IMG/VR virus record: IMGVR_UViG_3300025941_000015
Location: 32,001-96,000 of that record
Direction: 5' to 3' (one strand)
Source of the DNA: a virus
Length of the DNA: 64,000 nt
The position numbers and the translations under genes were made by a program. Below are positions 61,751-64,000 of the stretch, piece after piece; position 1 is the first letter of the stretch; each line of letters begins with the position of its first letter. The notes under the pieces are model-generated. The model was not told the origin of the DNA. It saw only the letters and a program-made list of their open reading frames with translations, and did not search any database.

Positions 61751-62682
61751 TGGATCTGCGTCAGGAGGCCGAGCACATCTTCGGCAACGGGTTTGACTGG
61801 TACCAGAGCGAGCTGGGCGAGGTCGTGTTCTGGCACGAGTTCCTCTCGATGCAGTCGGCCTACAACGACACCTACGATGAAGGCGGCCGCCGCTACTCCG
61901 CCGGTCTCCTCGTGCCTGCGCTCTGGGTGATCGTCAACGAGGACCGGCATCGCCCCACCCCCGAGGGGCGCAAGCCGACGGAGAAGCTCACCTGCGCCAT
62001 ATCGGTGCGAGCGCTGCAGGACTCGGGCATCTCCGACCCGGAGGACTACACCCGGCGCCTCAACGATCTTGTGCGATACGACGATCGCCTCTGGAGGGTC
62101 ACCGACTTCAACATCCGAGGTCGTGTGCCCGACTCCATCATCATCGGTGTGACCGCCACGCAGATCTTCCCCGACGAGGAGATGGCGTTCGACACGATGC
62201 CCGGTGGTGTGACTGCCCTTGGGGCCACCCGCAGGTACGCCTACCCCAACGAGCGCAACGTACACACCTACGCCGACCACGAGCTGCCCGCCCCCAACGG
62301 GTCGGACATGCTCTCGTACCAGCTCTACAAGGACTTTGACACCAACCCAGAGGATGACGGCGCTACAGCACCGGGCCCGTCACCGGGCCTCTTCTCCATC
62401 AACGTCATACCGGACACGGGGAACCCGTTCAGGTACTCCTTCACCGTGAACGACGACCCGACTCACAACGTTGATTGGGACTACGGAGACGGCTCCACCA
62501 CCAACGATGTGCTCTGCTCCGAGACCATGGTGCACACCTACGAGCAGGCCGGTGACTTCACCGTCACGGCGTACTGCCACAAGGAGACCGTCACCGCTGA
62601 TGTCATCGTGGCACCGGGGACGGGATACGGCCTGGGCCAATACGGCATTGTTCAACCCTATGGAGGTTACGCCAGTGAGTGA
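61750..62682 (+). CDS. putative head-closure/neck protein with C-terminal PKD domain
   Basis: DTYDEG...ND...YD...WRV; WDYGDGS...HTYEQAGDFTVT. Confidence 0.6.
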   Translation: MDLRQEAEHIFGNGFDWYQSELGEVVFWHEFLSMQSAYNDTYDEGGRRYSAGLLVPALWVIVNEDRHRPTPEGRKPTEKLTCAISVRALQDSGISDPEDYTRRLNDLVRYDDRLWRVTDFNIRGRVPDSIIIGVTATQIFPDEEMAFDTMPGGVTALGATRRYAYPNERNVHTYADHELPAPNGSDMLSYQLYKDFDTNPEDDGATAPGPSPGLFSINVIPDTGNPFRYSFTVNDDPTHNVDWDYGDGSTTNDVLCSETMVHTYEQAGDFTVTAYCHKETVTADVIVAPGTGYGLGQYGIVQPYGGYASE

Positions 62683-63370
62683 TGTGACAATGCCGGTCAT
62701 CGGCCAGGAGCCGTGGGGAGAGACCCTCAACACCTGCTTGGAGTACCTGTACGAGGAGATCGAGAGACTGTCCTCTCAGATCGCTACCCACACAACGCAG
62801 ATCGCTGCCAACTCATCGCAGACGACAACGAACACCTCTGAGATCGTCGCCCTCAAGAGTGAAGTCGCCGCCAACCAGACGGCCATCATCAACATGGGCA
62901 ACGACGTGGGCGCCATGTTCGCCCGCCTCAATCAGCTTGAGGCTCAGGTCTCCAGCAACACCAATGGCCTCAACAGCCTTGGTACACGAGTCTCGGTGGT
63001 GGAGGACAGGCCCGACTTCGTCTTCGTCCAGACCTCCTACATGTTCTCTACTGCCTCTCCACCTGCTACCGGCAACCAGATCCGACTCGACAACGCCGAC
63101 CCCAAGCTCGCCACGATCTTGGACGTCCGGCGGGTGGATGCGGACGGTGCCGACCGCAGTTACGGCCTCAGCCTGATAGACACCAAGTCACAGATCAGGC
63201 TCAACGTCTACAACGACGCATCCAACTGGCACCGCTTCACAGTCATTGGCACGCCGACCAAGGCCGGTCCTGACAACTGGTATGTCCCGGTCGCTTGGCA
63301 CTCTGGTGTAGGAACGCTGCCCGGCTCCAAGATCAACGTCGGTCTGTTCATCGATGTCCCGTACCTGTGA
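62675..63370 (+). CDS. coiled-coil fibre-like virion protein
   Basis: P.IGQEPWGETLN N-terminus, heptad region, beta-rich C-terminus; GGAGG RBS. Confidence 0.55.
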   Translation: MSDVTMPVIGQEPWGETLNTCLEYLYEEIERLSSQIATHTTQIAANSSQTTTNTSEIVALKSEVAANQTAIINMGNDVGAMFARLNQLEAQVSSNTNGLNSLGTRVSVVEDRPDFVFVQTSYMFSTASPPATGNQIRLDNADPKLATILDVRRVDADGADRSYGLSLIDTKSQIRLNVYNDASNWHRFTVIGTPTKAGPDNWYVPVAWHSGVGTLPGSKINVGLFIDVPYL

Positions 63371-63690
63371 TGCCTGCCACCGACCACCTCAACCCGTCGC
63401 TCTTCCACGGTACGACGCACCCGTTCAACGCTGGTGACACCATCGAACCGACCGACTCGGACTGGTCGTTCGAGGGCACGCCGATGGCGTTCGCCACTCC
63501 TGATCTCGGCAAGGCGCAGCAGATCAGTCGCACCAAGGCCAAGATGCACAACCGCAAGAACCCCGACGATCCGAGAGAGGCTCATGTCTTCGAGGTCGAG
63601 CACATGAGTGGTCCGGCCGACGTGTGGGGCCTGAAGCCTGAAGTCGCGGACACCGTCGGGTTCCGTGTGAAGCGTAGAGTCGAGGGCTAA
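63370..63690 (+). CDS. small ADP-ribosyltransferase-like protein (Arr-like)
   Basis: LFHGT...F..GDTIEP...AFATPD...A...HVFEVE. Confidence 0.6.
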   Translation: MPATDHLNPSLFHGTTHPFNAGDTIEPTDSDWSFEGTPMAFATPDLGKAQQISRTKAKMHNRKNPDDPREAHVFEVEHMSGPADVWGLKPEVADTVGFRVKRRVEG

Positions 63691-64000
63691 TGGCATTGTC
63701 GTTCTACCCTCCCTCGTACCGAGCGTCGCAATCCGACCTCACCATCTCGATCAGCCCGCTCGGTCTGGTCGAGTTGGCCGACGAGGAGTTCGAGGTTCAC
63801 GGCGTCCGGCTCTCGCGCTACTCGCTGTACTGGGCCCACTACCTCGGCCACATGTACGCCTATCGGCGCGAGGTCGGCGAGCCGCAGTTCGCCGCCAACT
63901 ACGTGCGGGCGCTGAGCGACTACATCACCAACTTCACCTTCGGCAAGGGCATCACCTTCCGCACGCCACCGGCCACAGCGGCCATCATCCCATCACTCCT
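63690..64000 (+). CDS. portal protein, N-terminus (3' truncated)
   Basis: PPSYRA..SDLTISISPLGLVELADEEFEVHG.RL.RY...W..YLGH; matches, from memory, portals of E3/BRock-like actinophages. Confidence 0.65.
   Translation, partial: MALSFYPPSYRASQSDLTISISPLGLVELADEEFEVHGVRLSRYSLYWAHYLGHMYAYRREVGEPQFAANYVRALSDYITNFTFGKGITFRTPPATAAIIPSL

Overview
This window is a 64 kb piece of a large, high-GC tailed phage genome, almost entirely on the + strand. The host is probably an actinobacterium, possibly Acidimicrobiia. The architecture resembles E3/BRock/cluster-C-like actinophages; that is recalled from memory and not searched. Layout: (i) 1-10 kb, replication and recombination genes (SNF2 helicase, SSB-like, PolA, RecA, two resolvase-like nucleases, WhiB, Cas4-like nuclease); (ii) 10-17 kb, hypothetical genes, SpoVS and a DNA methyltransferase; (iii) 17-36.5 kb, an accessory array of small genes; (iv) 36.5-45 kb, a control region and more small genes (HNH, HTH, KTSC, lipoprotein transglycosylase); (v) 45.5-64 kb, terminase, 2H phosphoesterase, holin-like gene, a giant repeat-rich fibre, neck genes and the start of the portal. 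Two systems stand out. The first is 17 near-identical ~35-50 bp promoter-operator-leaderless-start cassettes that each head a different small gene; their CAAC-N3-GTTG palindrome recurs at other promoters, including that of a candidate HTH regulator. The second is a set of unrelated enzymes (ART-like, GNAT, ParB-like) placed among virion genes and sharing short N-terminal leader peptides. All family assignments come from motif recognition by eye.
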